From an uncultured Chloroflexia bacterium (GTDB taxonomy: Bacteria; Chloroflexota; Limnocylindria; Limnocylindrales; CSP1-4), in NCBI GenBank assembly GCA_963850555.1, contig CAWKLT010000022.1, positions 66,543-130,542 of the forward strand: DNA of 64,000 bases, in the 5' to 3' direction. Made by a program: the position numbers and the translations under genes. The notes beneath the pieces are model-generated. The model ran no database searches. It saw only the letters and a list, made by a program, of their open reading frames with translations, and was not told where the DNA came from. Shown one piece after another: positions 1 to 9,326 of the stretch (position 1 is the stretch's first letter; every line of letters starts with the position of its first letter).

Positions 1-1
1 G

Positions 2-595
2 GTCCTCTGGCGGAAGCCGCCTGTGCTCGCCCTTGCCGCCCTCCCCGGGACGGCACTCGGCCGCCTTGGGGAGCCGTCCACCGCCTCGTCGGCGGCGTGG
101 GCTGCCGCGGGTGCCGCCGCACGAAGGCTGCACGACGCGCCGCTACCGCCGTGGCCGGGCCGGAGCCTCGACGAGTACGCATCGCAGCTCGACCGCGAGT
201 GCGAGTGGCTTATCGCCAACGACGTCCTTTCGACCGACGTGGTCACGCGCAACCGCCGGGTCGCGGAGGCTGCGCTTCGGCCGTGGACACCGGTGTTCAC
301 CCACGGCGACCTGCAGATCACCCACCTGTTCGTCGACGATGACGAAGTCACCGGCGTCATCGATTGGTCCGAGGCGTGCCAGGGCGACGCGCTGTTCGAC
401 CTGGCCACTCTCACGCTCGCACACGAGGAGCACCTCCCCGACGTCGTCGCCGGCTACGGCACCGACGTCGACCTTGACGTGATCCGCGCGTGGTGGTCGT
501 TGCGATGCCTGCTCAACGTCCGCTGGCTGGTCGAGCACGGCTTCGGCCCGCTCGAGGAGATGCCCGAGGTCGCCGTGCTGAGATCCCGGCTGTGA
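2..595 (+). CDS. phosphotransferase of the APH/choline-kinase family, C-terminal part (5' end outside window)
   Basis: ORF 23..595 stays open back to base 2. Catalytic-loop and metal-binding motifs 'FTHGDLQITHLFV' and 'GVIDWSEACQGDALFDLA'. Confidence 0.75.
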   Translation, partial: VLWRKPPVLALAALPGTALGRLGEPSTASSAAWAAAGAAARRLHDAPLPPWPGRSLDEYASQLDRECEWLIANDVLSTDVVTRNRRVAEAALRPWTPVFTHGDLQITHLFVDDDEVTGVIDWSEACQGDALFDLATLTLAHEEHLPDVVAGYGTDVDLDVIRAWWSLRCLLNVRWLVEHGFGPLEEMPEVAVLRSRL

Positions 596-607
596 CCTAC
601 ACCTGCG

Positions 608-1864
608 TCATGTGATCGCGGGCGTACCAGCGCTTGGCGCCTCTTCCGCATCTGATCCGCCGTTCGCCGGTTCGACGATCATCTCGGGCCGGCCCGTCAC
701 CACGAGCCACGCCGGCAGGACCATGATGCAGGCGAGCGGCAGGATCGCGGGATCGCCGACCATGAGCGTCGCCATGAAGATCGCCAGCCAACCGCTTCGG
801 GTGACCGCCACGAGCACACCGATCAGGGCGCCGGCGATGGCGACGGCTTCGGGGATCTGGGGGATCGCCGCATGCGCAAACAAGCCGAGCGCGACCGCGG
901 CGAAGACAGACGGGAAGATGCGGCCACCGCGGAAGCCGGCGGTGCTGGCGATGACGACGGCGCCGAGCTTCAAGCTGGCGATGAACGCGAGCGTCTCGGG
1001 GGCGTAGTTATCCGCCTCGACCGTCAGCTCCCGCATCTGGTCGAGCCCCTTGAAGAGGGTGATCGGTCCGCCGATGGCACCGATCACACCGAGGATCGCG
1101 CCGCCGGCGACGAGTGCGGCGAACGGGGACCGCAGTCTTCGGAACGCGGCATGGGCGATCGGAAACGCGTATACCGCCACCATCGCGATGATCGCGCTGG
1201 CCACGGCGACGAGCGACCCCGACAAGAGGTCGATCATCGCCGGCTGACCGTACGGGGCGACGTCGAGGACGAACGATTCTCCGGCCAGCAGCGTCATGGC
1301 GACCGCTCCCGCAGAGGCCGCCACGAGGGGGCCGAACAGCCGGTCCCACAGCGGTCGCGTTGACGTCGTCGTCGCCTCGCTCAGGATCAGCGCAGCGGCC
1401 ACAGGCGTCCCGAACATGGCCCCAACGGTGCCGGCCACGGCGAGGGCCATCCACTCGGGCACGGGCAGCCTGGGAAAGACCCGCATCCCGACGGCGACGG
1501 CCAATCCGATATTGATGGCGATCAGCGGATTCTCGGGCCCGAGGCTCACCCCTCCACCGAGCGCCAGAACCACGGCGATGGCGAGGCCCGGCAGAACCGC
1601 GGCCTGGAGCGGCGGCGCTGTCAGTCCGGTCGTCGCCGGATCCGGTCCTGCGTGCCCGGGCGCGAGCGTGACCACGATCCCGATCGCGATCCCCGTGAGC
1701 GTCAGCGTTGCGAAGATCCAGCCTGGCGACGCCGAGTCGATCCCGAGGGCAGCCGGGATCGACGTCCACAGGATGTCCTCGAGCCCACTGGCGACGACGG
1801 TGAGCCCGATGAGGGCTAGGGCCGAACCTGCGCCCACGACGAGCGCGGGCACGACGATCGGCAA
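608..1864 (-). CDS. ClC-family chloride channel / Cl-/H+ antiporter
   Basis: ORF 608..2110 (-). Polytopic membrane protein with ClC filter-like motifs 'GGGVSLGPENP' and 'GFRGGRIFPSVF'. The ORF-track start (2110) overlaps the upstream peptidase gene, so the real start is probably internal (TTG near 1864, or ATG 2017). Confidence 0.8.
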   Translation of the reverse strand: MPIVVPALVVGAGSALALIGLTVVASGLEDILWTSIPAALGIDSASPGWIFATLTLTGIAIGIVVTLAPGHAGPDPATTGLTAPPLQAAVLPGLAIAVVLALGGGVSLGPENPLIAINIGLAVAVGMRVFPRLPVPEWMALAVAGTVGAMFGTPVAAALILSEATTTSTRPLWDRLFGPLVAASAGAVAMTLLAGESFVLDVAPYGQPAMIDLLSGSLVAVASAIIAMVAVYAFPIAHAAFRRLRSPFAALVAGGAILGVIGAIGGPITLFKGLDQMRELTVEADNYAPETLAFIASLKLGAVVIASTAGFRGGRIFPSVFAAVALGLFAHAAIPQIPEAVAIAGALIGVLVAVTRSGWLAIFMATLMVGDPAILPLACIMVLPAWLVVTGRPEMIVEPANGGSDAEEAPSAGTPAIT

Positions 1865-1934
1865 TAGCTCGCGGGCGCGCGAGCCGGACTCAACCGTTTG
1901 CCGTGCCCCCGCGGCCGAGGATGCTGGAACTCCG

Positions 1935-3116
1935 CTACGAAGCCAGTAGGTCCTCGAATTCGTCCCAGCCCGTCGTAAGGGCGAAATCGAGCGTGCGGTA
2001 GTAGGTCCAGTCGGCATTCCGCTCGACCGGCCGGGTGATGCCCGTGATCGTGATGCCGTGGACCATGTTGTAGGCCTTCCCGGTGAACCGCCGGTGCAGC
2101 ACGACCGCATCGACCGCGTTCATGACGGCCGTGCCCTTCGTCTTGAGGGCGGTGTCGGTGACCTGCGCGTTGATCTGCTTGGCGAGGTCGTAGAGATCCT
2201 TGTCGGTCGGGGCCTGCCAGAAGCTCTTGGCGTTGCTGAACCCGCGGGTGATGGCGGTCTTCTGCGCCGGGAGCGCGTTCCGCAAGGCGATCGACCAATC
2301 GTTGACCGCCGTACGCAGCGCCAGGTAGCGATCGTCGACAGCCATGGACGAGTACGTCTTCTCCACGATCGCGCTGGCGCTCGATGCGCTGGCGACCTGG
2401 TCGGCGGTCATGTTCGGGTTTGCGTTGAGCTGCGAGAGGACGGTGTCGTACTCGATCCCGTCCATGTTGACGAACTCCTGTGAGCCGACGAGAGCCGTCG
2501 CGCGGCCGTGCCACAACGACATGATCTCGATCTGGGCCATGTTGCAGGCGTCATAGCCGACGACGTCGATGAAGCCGAGCTGCGACTGGACCGACTTGAC
2601 CTCGTCCGGGTCGAGCGCATCTCCGCCGCCGGACGACGCATCCTCCATCGTCCAGCCAGGGTGCCAGCCCCAGCCGTGGCCCCAGAAGTACAGGGCATAT
2701 CGATCGGCCGGGTAGTTCGTCTTCGACCAGGTCACGAACTCGGTGAGCGTCTGGGCGCTGCCCATGTTGCGCTCGCCCCAGTCGGCGACCGCGCTCGCCG
2801 CATCGGCGACCATGCCCTGCGTCGGGTGGTACAGCTTGGTGGTCTGCCAGTCGCCACGGCTCTTGTCATAGCCTGGGCCGCGGTCGGCGAGCGCCGTGAC
2901 CTGGACGTTGGGCGTGGAGCCGAGTGCAGCAAGCTCCAGCTCGAGGTCCTTGACGATGTAGGACTCCAGGTTGTTGTCGCCCGACATGTAGACCATCACG
3001 GTCCACTTGGCCTTTGCGGCCGGTGGAGCGGCACTGGCGGTGGCGACCGGTCCGGCGGCGATCAGCAGGATGGTCGAGATGAGTGCCAGACTCGTGACGC
3101 GCGCGTGTCGGGACAT
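1935..3116 (-). CDS. secreted clostripain-family (peptidase C11) cysteine protease
   Basis: ORF 1935..3116. Signal peptide 'LALISTILLIAAGPVATASA'. Family motifs 'WTVMVYMSGDNNLE', 'FWGHGWGW' (His) and 'VGYDACNMA' (Cys). Confidence 0.85.
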   Translation of the reverse strand: MSRHARVTSLALISTILLIAAGPVATASAAPPAAKAKWTVMVYMSGDNNLESYIVKDLELELAALGSTPNVQVTALADRGPGYDKSRGDWQTTKLYHPTQGMVADAASAVADWGERNMGSAQTLTEFVTWSKTNYPADRYALYFWGHGWGWHPGWTMEDASSGGGDALDPDEVKSVQSQLGFIDVVGYDACNMAQIEIMSLWHGRATALVGSQEFVNMDGIEYDTVLSQLNANPNMTADQVASASSASAIVEKTYSSMAVDDRYLALRTAVNDWSIALRNALPAQKTAITRGFSNAKSFWQAPTDKDLYDLAKQINAQVTDTALKTKGTAVMNAVDAVVLHRRFTGKAYNMVHGITITGITRPVERNADWTYYRTLDFALTTGWDEFEDLLAS

Positions 3117-3379
3117 GTGGTCCTCCCTCGGGTCACCGGAGTGGGTTCGGCCAAGGTAGCACTTCGTACCATGGTGCTGACGCGGCCGCCCGCAGCGTGG
3201 ATCGCCGACGCCTGGGTCTGTGCCTGATCGCGATGGGGATCTTCAGCGGGCTGGTTCGCGGAGCCCCAAGCGACGGGGCTGACGCGGAGCCTGCCGGAGA
3301 CCCCTACCGGCGCTCGGTGGAAACCCTGGCTGGCGGGCCACCTCCCACGGTCCCCCTCATCCCGACTACCGTAGACGCG

Positions 3380-3992
3380 ATGGACCAGGACGTGCGGACC
3401 CCGACCGATGCAATGCGGGATGCCCGCCGGACTACTGGGACGACTACTACGCCGCTCGGACCACGCCCACACGCAAGCTGCCCTCGCAGTTCGCCGCCTT
3501 CGTCGCGGGTGAGCTGGAACGGCCGCATCGGGTCATCGAGCTCGCTGCGGCGACGGCCGCGACGCCATGTTCTTCGCCAGCAACGGCACGAGGTGATCGG
3601 TGTCGACGCCTCGCACACGGCCATCGAGGCCGCCGGGGCCTGCCGAGACCCTCGGAGAGCGCCTCGTTGGTCGCGCGGACATCGAGGAGCCAGGCCTCGC
3701 CAACGCATCCGGGGTGATGGCGGCCCTCGCGTCGTGTACGCCAGGTTCTTCGTGCACGCCATCACGGAGGCGGAAGAGGAGGGCCTGCTCGACGTGGCGG
3801 CCGCGATGACCGACCCGGGAGACCTCCTGGCCGTTGAGTACCGCACCGTGCGTGACTCGAGCGGCGCGAAGGTGACCAAAACGCACTACCGGCGGTTCGT
3901 CCTTCCGGCGGCGTTCGAGGCCCGCGCGCTCGGGCGCGGCTTCGACGTGATCTACTCCGACGAGGGTTCCGGCTTCGCGGAATACCGCATGA
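3380..3992 (+). pseudogene. class I SAM-dependent methyltransferase, readable only with about five +/-1 frame changes
   Basis: Pieces lie in three frames: 'PPDYWDDYYAARTTPTRKLPSQFAAFVAGELERPHRVIEL', 'CGDGRDAMFFASNG', 'HEVIGVDASHTAIEAA', 'AETLGERLVGRADIEEPGL', 'VVYARFFVHAITEAEEEGLLDVAAAMTDPGDLLAVEY...GFDVIYSDEGSGFAEY'. Adding one g in 'gagctcgctgcggc' would restore the SAM-binding motif 'IELGCGDGRDA'. Confidence 0.6.
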
Positions 3993-5384
3993 ACGCCAAC
4001 ATCGCCGGCACCCTCTACCAGGACGCTCATTCGACGCCGGGCGCGACCATGACGGCGCCGCCGGCCCACCCGCTTGAGGGCCACGGCCCTCATGCACAGG
4101 TCGAGGCGCTGATCCGGCTCGCGGCCGAGCGCTTCGTCGACCTCGGCTATCTCGGCCCGGACGGGCTGCTCGACCTCCCGATGGATGGCGGTCGGGCGGT
4201 CGGGCTCCGCATCGGAACTGCCGGCCGGCCAGGTCCTCCAGGTGCAATCGATCGGCATCGACGCCGAAGGCGTGCCCGATGTCTCCGAGGTCGCCGAGGT
4301 CCGGGCGAGCAGCTGGCAAGGCGTTCAGCAGGCGGCGTTCGAGCCGGCCAGGCTCTTCGACATCGACCATCCGACCGGCACGCTGATCCACACCGCGGCC
4401 GACCGGCCCGCCTGGGTCGAGATCCGCTTCTCCCGGCCCCTGGCGGTCACGCGATTACGCTGCGAACGTATCGGACGAGACGGCGCGCCGAGCGCAAGGC
4501 CTCAAGGTCACGTTGAAGTCGAGGTGGCGTTCACGCGCGATCTACGACGGCGAGGCGCGACTGCGCGCCTGGCTGGACCTGCTGAGTGAGGCGAAGAGCG
4601 TCACGGGGTCCGACGCGGAGACCCTTGCCCTGCTCGGCGTCGTCGACCTGACGGTCAGGGGCGAGTACGCCCGAGCCCATACGTCCCTCGCCGCGCACGT
4701 CACGGACGAGCACCGCCGCCGCCGGTTCATCGCCGCGCTCAACGACGAGCTGTTGCCCGCCCGGGGGCTGGAGTGGACCGCTCACGGCCCGAAGCGCCCG
4801 TTTCGGTCCTGGAGCCACGAGGAGCAGGTGGACTACGTCCGTGACACCGCCGAGGTGGTGGAGGCCCTGCGGTCCCTGACGCCGAACGTGCTTCGGGTTC
4901 GGGTCGGTCCTGGCCGTCGTGCGCGACAAGGCCCTCATCCCGCACGACGACGACCTCGACGTCATCGTGGGGTTCGAGCCGGATGTGGCGGCGACCCTCG
5001 CCGACGGCCTGGCGCTCATCGAGGAGCACCTGCGCCCGCTCGGCTTCGAAGTCACCGGCCCGTTCGTCGCCCACCGGCACGTCCGGCGGCCCGGCAGGAA
5101 GCGCGTCGACGCCTTCGTTGGCATCTTCGAAGGCGAAACGATCTCGTGGTATCCCGGCGCGCGCGGCGGGCTCACGAGGACGATCGTGTTTCCTCCGAGC
5201 CCGGCCGAACTGCTCGGGGTCCGCTGTTTGATCCCGGCCCAGCCGGAGACCTACCTGGAGCGCCTGTACGGGCAGGGTTGGCGCGTGCCGGACCCCTACT
5301 TTCGGCACGACTGGAACAGCTCGGCCTACGCCGACATCAAGGGCTCGGCCGGGGCGACACCAGACCGATCCGGAACCCTCCTAG
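3989..5384 (+). pseudogene. LicD-family nucleotidyltransferase-like protein with a long N-terminal region; at least three frame changes, 3' end uncertain
   Basis: ATG 3989 sits in an ATGA-type overlap (gcATGAac). Readable pieces: 'AQVEALIRLAAERFVDLGYLGPDGLLDLPMDGG' (frame of ORF 3197); 'GQVLQVQSIGIDAEGVP...DRPAWVEIRFSRPLAVTRL' (ORF 4185); 'IYDGEARLRAWLDLL...FRSWSHEEQVDYVRDTAEVVEALRSLTPNV' (ORF 4513). The LicD core 'CFGFGSVLAVVRDKALIPHDDDLDVIVGF...LYGQGWRVPDPYF' follows in the frame of ORF 4919. Confidence 0.5.
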
Positions 5385-5542
5385 GCCGCGCTCGGCCGGC
5401 CCACTCGATCCGGCGAGTCGAGATGGCCCAGGTGCGGGACGGCGGAGCCCGGGCGTCGGGTATCTTCAGCGGGTCACCCGCCGTCGTTCTGGCACGGACC
5501 CGCGCCAGTCCTGCGCACCCCCCCGTCGAATCGGGAAGAGCC

Positions 5543-7369
5543 ATGGACCACGAGCCCGTTCTCATCTCCACCATCGCGATCGGTCTGACCGCTGCGTTCA
5601 TCGGCGGTCTCATCGCCCGGCGCGTGCGGCTGCCCGCCATCGTGGGCTACATCGTCGCCGGCGTGGTCATCGGGCCGTTCACGCCGGGATTCATCGCCGA
5701 TACGGACATCGCGCTGGAGCTCGCCGAGCTCGGCGTCATCCTGCTGATGTTCGGGGTCGGGATCCAGTTCTCGATCCGAGAGTTGCTTGCCGTCCGCTCG
5801 ATCGCGATCCCGGGCGCGATCGTCCAGACGATCGTGTCGGGCCTGTTCGGGATCTGGCTCGGTTCGGCTCTTGGATGGAGCCTGGGCGGCGGGCTCGTCC
5901 TGGGGCTCGCCATCTCGATCGCCAGCACGGTCGTCCTGCTTCGAGCGCTCACCGACCGCAACGAGCTCGACACGCCGCAGGGGCGGATCGCCGTCGGCTG
6001 GCTGATCGTGGAGGATCTGCTAGCCGTCCTCGTGCTCGTGCTCCTGCCAACGCTCGCCCCGCTCCTGGACCCCGGTGGCGCGGCCCCGGCCGGACTACTC
6101 GACGTGCTCGGCCCGGTCGCCTTCGCCTTGGCCAAGGCCGTGGCGTTCGCGGTCGTGATGGTCGTCGTGGGTGCACGCGTCGTGCCGTGGCTGCTCGTCG
6201 TCGTGGCTCGCGAAGGGTCTCGCGAGCTCTTCACGCTCGCGGTCCTCGCCATCGCGCTCGGGATCGCCTTCGTCTCCTCGTCGGTGTTCGGCGTATCACT
6301 GGCGCTCGGCGCGTTCCTCGCTGGACTCGTCGTGAGCGAGTCCGATATGAGCCACCAGGCGGCGGCCGATGCCCTGCCGTTGCGAGATGCGTTCGCGGTC
6401 CTCTTCTTCGTCTCAGTCGGCATGTTGCTGGACCCGACCTTCCTCGTGGCGAACCCGCTGCCGGTGCTCGCAGTAGTGCTGTTGATCGTGGGCATGAAGG
6501 CCATCACGAAGTTCGCGATCGTGACCGTCGCGGGTTACCCGACCAAAGTCGCCCTGACGGTGGGGGCTGGGCTCGCCCAGATCGGCGAGTTCTCGTTCAT
6601 CGTCGGGACTGTCGGGCGCTCACTGGGGCTGCTGCCGGACGAAGGTTTTCAGCTGATCGTGGCCGGAGCGCTGCTGTCCATCACGGTCAATCCCCTGATG
6701 CTCCGCGGCATCGATCCGATCGAGGCACGGCTGCGCGCGACCCCTGCGATCGCGAACCTGCTGCAGCGTCGGACCGGGGCGCTCGGGATCCTGGACGAGG
6801 AGACACAGGAAGACCTGCGCCTGCACGCGATCGTGTGCGGCTACGGCCGCGTCGGCCGGATGATCGGGCCCGCCCTCGAGCGTCGCGGGTTCAAGTACAT
6901 CGTCATCACCCAGCAACGGGACGAGGTGGACCGCCTACGGGCTCGAGGGATCCCGGCCGTCTTCGGCGATGCGGCCAACCCGGACGTCATGCGGATGGCC
7001 CAGATCGAGCACGCGCGGCTGATCGTGGTCGCGACCTCGGACCCGAACGAGACGCGCCTCATCGTCGAGCGTGCCCACGCGCTGCATCCGGGCCTCGATT
7101 TCGTCGTCCGGACCCACAGCGACGCCGAGGCGGCCCACCTGCGGGCGATCGGCGGCAAGGTCCAGGCCGTGCACGGCGAGCGGGAGCTCGCGGTCCAGAT
7201 GGCGCGCTATTCGCTCCGGCGGTTCGGCGTCAGCGCGACGGAGGCCGAGGCGATCGCGCAAGGCCTGCGCGGCCGGTCCGCCGCGCCATCAGGCGGCCCG
7301 ACGTCAGGAACGGGTCGGGGATGGTTCGCGCGCCTGCGCGAGCGGTTCCGGGCGACCGGCGAGGGCTGA
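5543..7369 (+). CDS. CPA2-family monovalent cation:proton antiporter with C-terminal TrkA-N/RCK domain (KefB/YbaL-like)
   Basis: In-frame ATG 5543 inside ORF 4919..7369, preceded by 'gggaagag'. Polytopic N-terminal domain ('LGVILLMFGVGIQFS', 'GWLIVEDLLAV') and Rossmann motif 'HAIVCGYGRVGRMIG'. Confidence 0.85.
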   Translation: MDHEPVLISTIAIGLTAAFIGGLIARRVRLPAIVGYIVAGVVIGPFTPGFIADTDIALELAELGVILLMFGVGIQFSIRELLAVRSIAIPGAIVQTIVSGLFGIWLGSALGWSLGGGLVLGLAISIASTVVLLRALTDRNELDTPQGRIAVGWLIVEDLLAVLVLVLLPTLAPLLDPGGAAPAGLLDVLGPVAFALAKAVAFAVVMVVVGARVVPWLLVVVAREGSRELFTLAVLAIALGIAFVSSSVFGVSLALGAFLAGLVVSESDMSHQAAADALPLRDAFAVLFFVSVGMLLDPTFLVANPLPVLAVVLLIVGMKAITKFAIVTVAGYPTKVALTVGAGLAQIGEFSFIVGTVGRSLGLLPDEGFQLIVAGALLSITVNPLMLRGIDPIEARLRATPAIANLLQRRTGALGILDEETQEDLRLHAIVCGYGRVGRMIGPALERRGFKYIVITQQRDEVDRLRARGIPAVFGDAANPDVMRMAQIEHARLIVVATSDPNETRLIVERAHALHPGLDFVVRTHSDAEAAHLRAIGGKVQAVHGERELAVQMARYSLRRFGVSATEAEAIAQGLRGRSAAPSGGPTSGTGRGWFARLRERFRATGEG

Positions 7370-7370
7370 G

Positions 7371-9209
7371 TCAGCGCCCGACGAGCGTGATGCCGGTGAT
7401 CCGCGCGTAGTTCGAGTAGTACGAATCCCGATGGATCACGTTGCCCTTCCGGTCGCGGACGGTGCGGGTCGCGGTGACCTGGAAGCCGTTCACCGGGTAC
7501 TCGATGCGCTTGCGCGCGCCGGGGGCGAGGCTGGACGTGTACTGCACCGTGTCGGTCGCGTACCGGAGGTTCTGCTTGCGTCCGGTGCTGATGCTGACCT
7601 TGCGGCCGTTCGGGACGCTATAGACCTCGAACTTCACGTAGCCCGTCCCGCCGTCGCGGAACGCGTACCCGCGGAGGAGCACCGGGTAGTCCGTGTCGTT
7701 CGTGAACGAGACCGTCTGCTTGGAACCTGATGCACTGATGAACACGGTCGCGTCGAGGCCGAGCGGATAGCGGTCGATGTAGTAGTAGTGATTGCGCCGG
7801 GCGCCCATCTCGTAGCCGGCCCGCAGGGCGGCGTTGAAGAGCGTCGTCGAGCAGGAGCAGATCCCGCCGGCAAGGGCGCCCTGCGGCTCGGTCCGGCCGT
7901 TGATGATCGCGCCGCCCGATTTGTAGCCCTTGGCCCGGGTGACGGATCCGACGGCGTCCCAGAAGTCGAACGTGGCGCGCGGCGCGACGACGTAGCCGTC
8001 GATCAGCCGCGCCGGGATCCAGATGTTCGCCCCGAACCCGTTCCGATCGCTGATCGGGAAGGGCGTGGTCCACTGCGAGATCTTCCGCATCTTCGGGCGA
8101 GCGGCCTTGGCCTCGGCGGTGGTGAGCGCCGGCTGCGTGACCTTGGCGGTCGGCTCGATCGACTTGCCCGTGCCGCCCTCGAGCCGCGCGGCGATCAGCG
8201 CCAGGACCTGCTTCTGGGTCGCTTCGACGTCCATCTTGTAGCCGGTCTTGCTCGCGGTCACGCCGGTGATCCGGCCGCCGGACGTCTTGAATGAGGCGTT
8301 GATCGGAGCCTGGTTGATCTTCTTGGCCAGCTTCTTGAGGACCTCTGGCAGGCCAGCGGTGTCCATGCTGGGGGCGTATCCACCGTCGGCGGTCGGCGCG
8401 AACGTGATCCACGACCGCAGCCGCGACTGCGTGATCTTCTGCTTGCCGGTCTTCGCGGAGAGCGTGACCTCGGCGGCGATCCGCTCCGCCGTGGCCTTGG
8501 CCGCCGACGCCTCGGCCGTGGTGACCTCCGGCTCGACGGCGCGAACGGGCAGGGCGTAGGTCAGCGAGGCGGGGGCGTCGAGCTCCCCGACGTCGGCGAA
8601 TGCGGCTTCGACCGGTACCGCGGCGTCGGCCAGACGGCCGGCCACACCGGCGTGGACGACGAAGCGTGTCTTGACCGCCTGGACCGAGCCGTCGACGGGC
8701 TCGAGCGCGAGCGAATCGGCGTAGGCGACGATCCGCTCAGCCAGGGCGTCGGCGTCGTAGGTGACGCGCGGCGTCAGGGTGACGCCACGGATCGCGGTGC
8801 GGGCGTCGGCGATGACGCGCTCGACCGGGTTCCCCTCGCGCCCGACGGCCAGGGCCTCGGCCAGCATCGCCTCGACATCCGGCCCCCGCCCGATATCGGC
8901 AAAGCTGATCGACGTCGATCCTCGCGGCGACTTCACGATGATCTCGCCTTCGCCCAACGAGGCGTAGGCGTCGCGCAGGCGCTCGGCAGCCACGGCCGGT
9001 TCGAGTCCGGACAGGTCTACCGCGCCGACACGGACGCCGGGCAACACGCGGCCGATGTATTGCTGGTCGTACGCATACAGCGCCCCGGCGCCCGCCACGG
9101 TCGCCAGGAGCAAGCCGATGAGGAACGCGACGGCGAAGCGCACGCGGCCCGATGGGCGGTGCGTCTCCGGAACGGCGACCCCGACGGAATCGGGGGTTGT
9201 CGTGGTCAT
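7371..9209 (-). CDS. VanW/YoaR-family membrane-anchored protein
   Basis: ORF 7371..9209, intact 612 aa. N-terminal TM 'FAVAFLIGLLLATVAGAGALYAY'. VanW core 'GYKSGGAIINGRTEPQGALAGGICSCSTTLFNAALRAGY'. Confidence 0.85.
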   Translation of the reverse strand: MTTTTPDSVGVAVPETHRPSGRVRFAVAFLIGLLLATVAGAGALYAYDQQYIGRVLPGVRVGAVDLSGLEPAVAAERLRDAYASLGEGEIIVKSPRGSTSISFADIGRGPDVEAMLAEALAVGREGNPVERVIADARTAIRGVTLTPRVTYDADALAERIVAYADSLALEPVDGSVQAVKTRFVVHAGVAGRLADAAVPVEAAFADVGELDAPASLTYALPVRAVEPEVTTAEASAAKATAERIAAEVTLSAKTGKQKITQSRLRSWITFAPTADGGYAPSMDTAGLPEVLKKLAKKINQAPINASFKTSGGRITGVTASKTGYKMDVEATQKQVLALIAARLEGGTGKSIEPTAKVTQPALTTAEAKAARPKMRKISQWTTPFPISDRNGFGANIWIPARLIDGYVVAPRATFDFWDAVGSVTRAKGYKSGGAIINGRTEPQGALAGGICSCSTTLFNAALRAGYEMGARRNHYYYIDRYPLGLDATVFISASGSKQTVSFTNDTDYPVLLRGYAFRDGGTGYVKFEVYSVPNGRKVSISTGRKQNLRYATDTVQYTSSLAPGARKRIEYPVNGFQVTATRTVRDRKGNVIHRDSYYSNYARITGITLVGR

Positions 9210-9326
9210 GGGAGCGACATCCTAGCAGCCGGCGAACAGGGTCCCGTCAAGGAACCGGGCTCGATGATGACGCCGAGGTAACGGCTTTCGTGACGCCCTG
9301 CGCCCGAATCGTGCCCCCGGCGATGG

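Noticed and set aside
3117-3379. Possible riboswitch, structured leader or small ORF ('MDRRRLGLCLIAMGIFSGL...') upstream of the methyltransferase. Short hairpins such as 'ggtgg...ccacc' and 'agcac...gtgct' are present.
   Set aside because: The stems are only 5 bp. I could not match any known riboswitch consensus by eye, and the ORF has no supporting motif.
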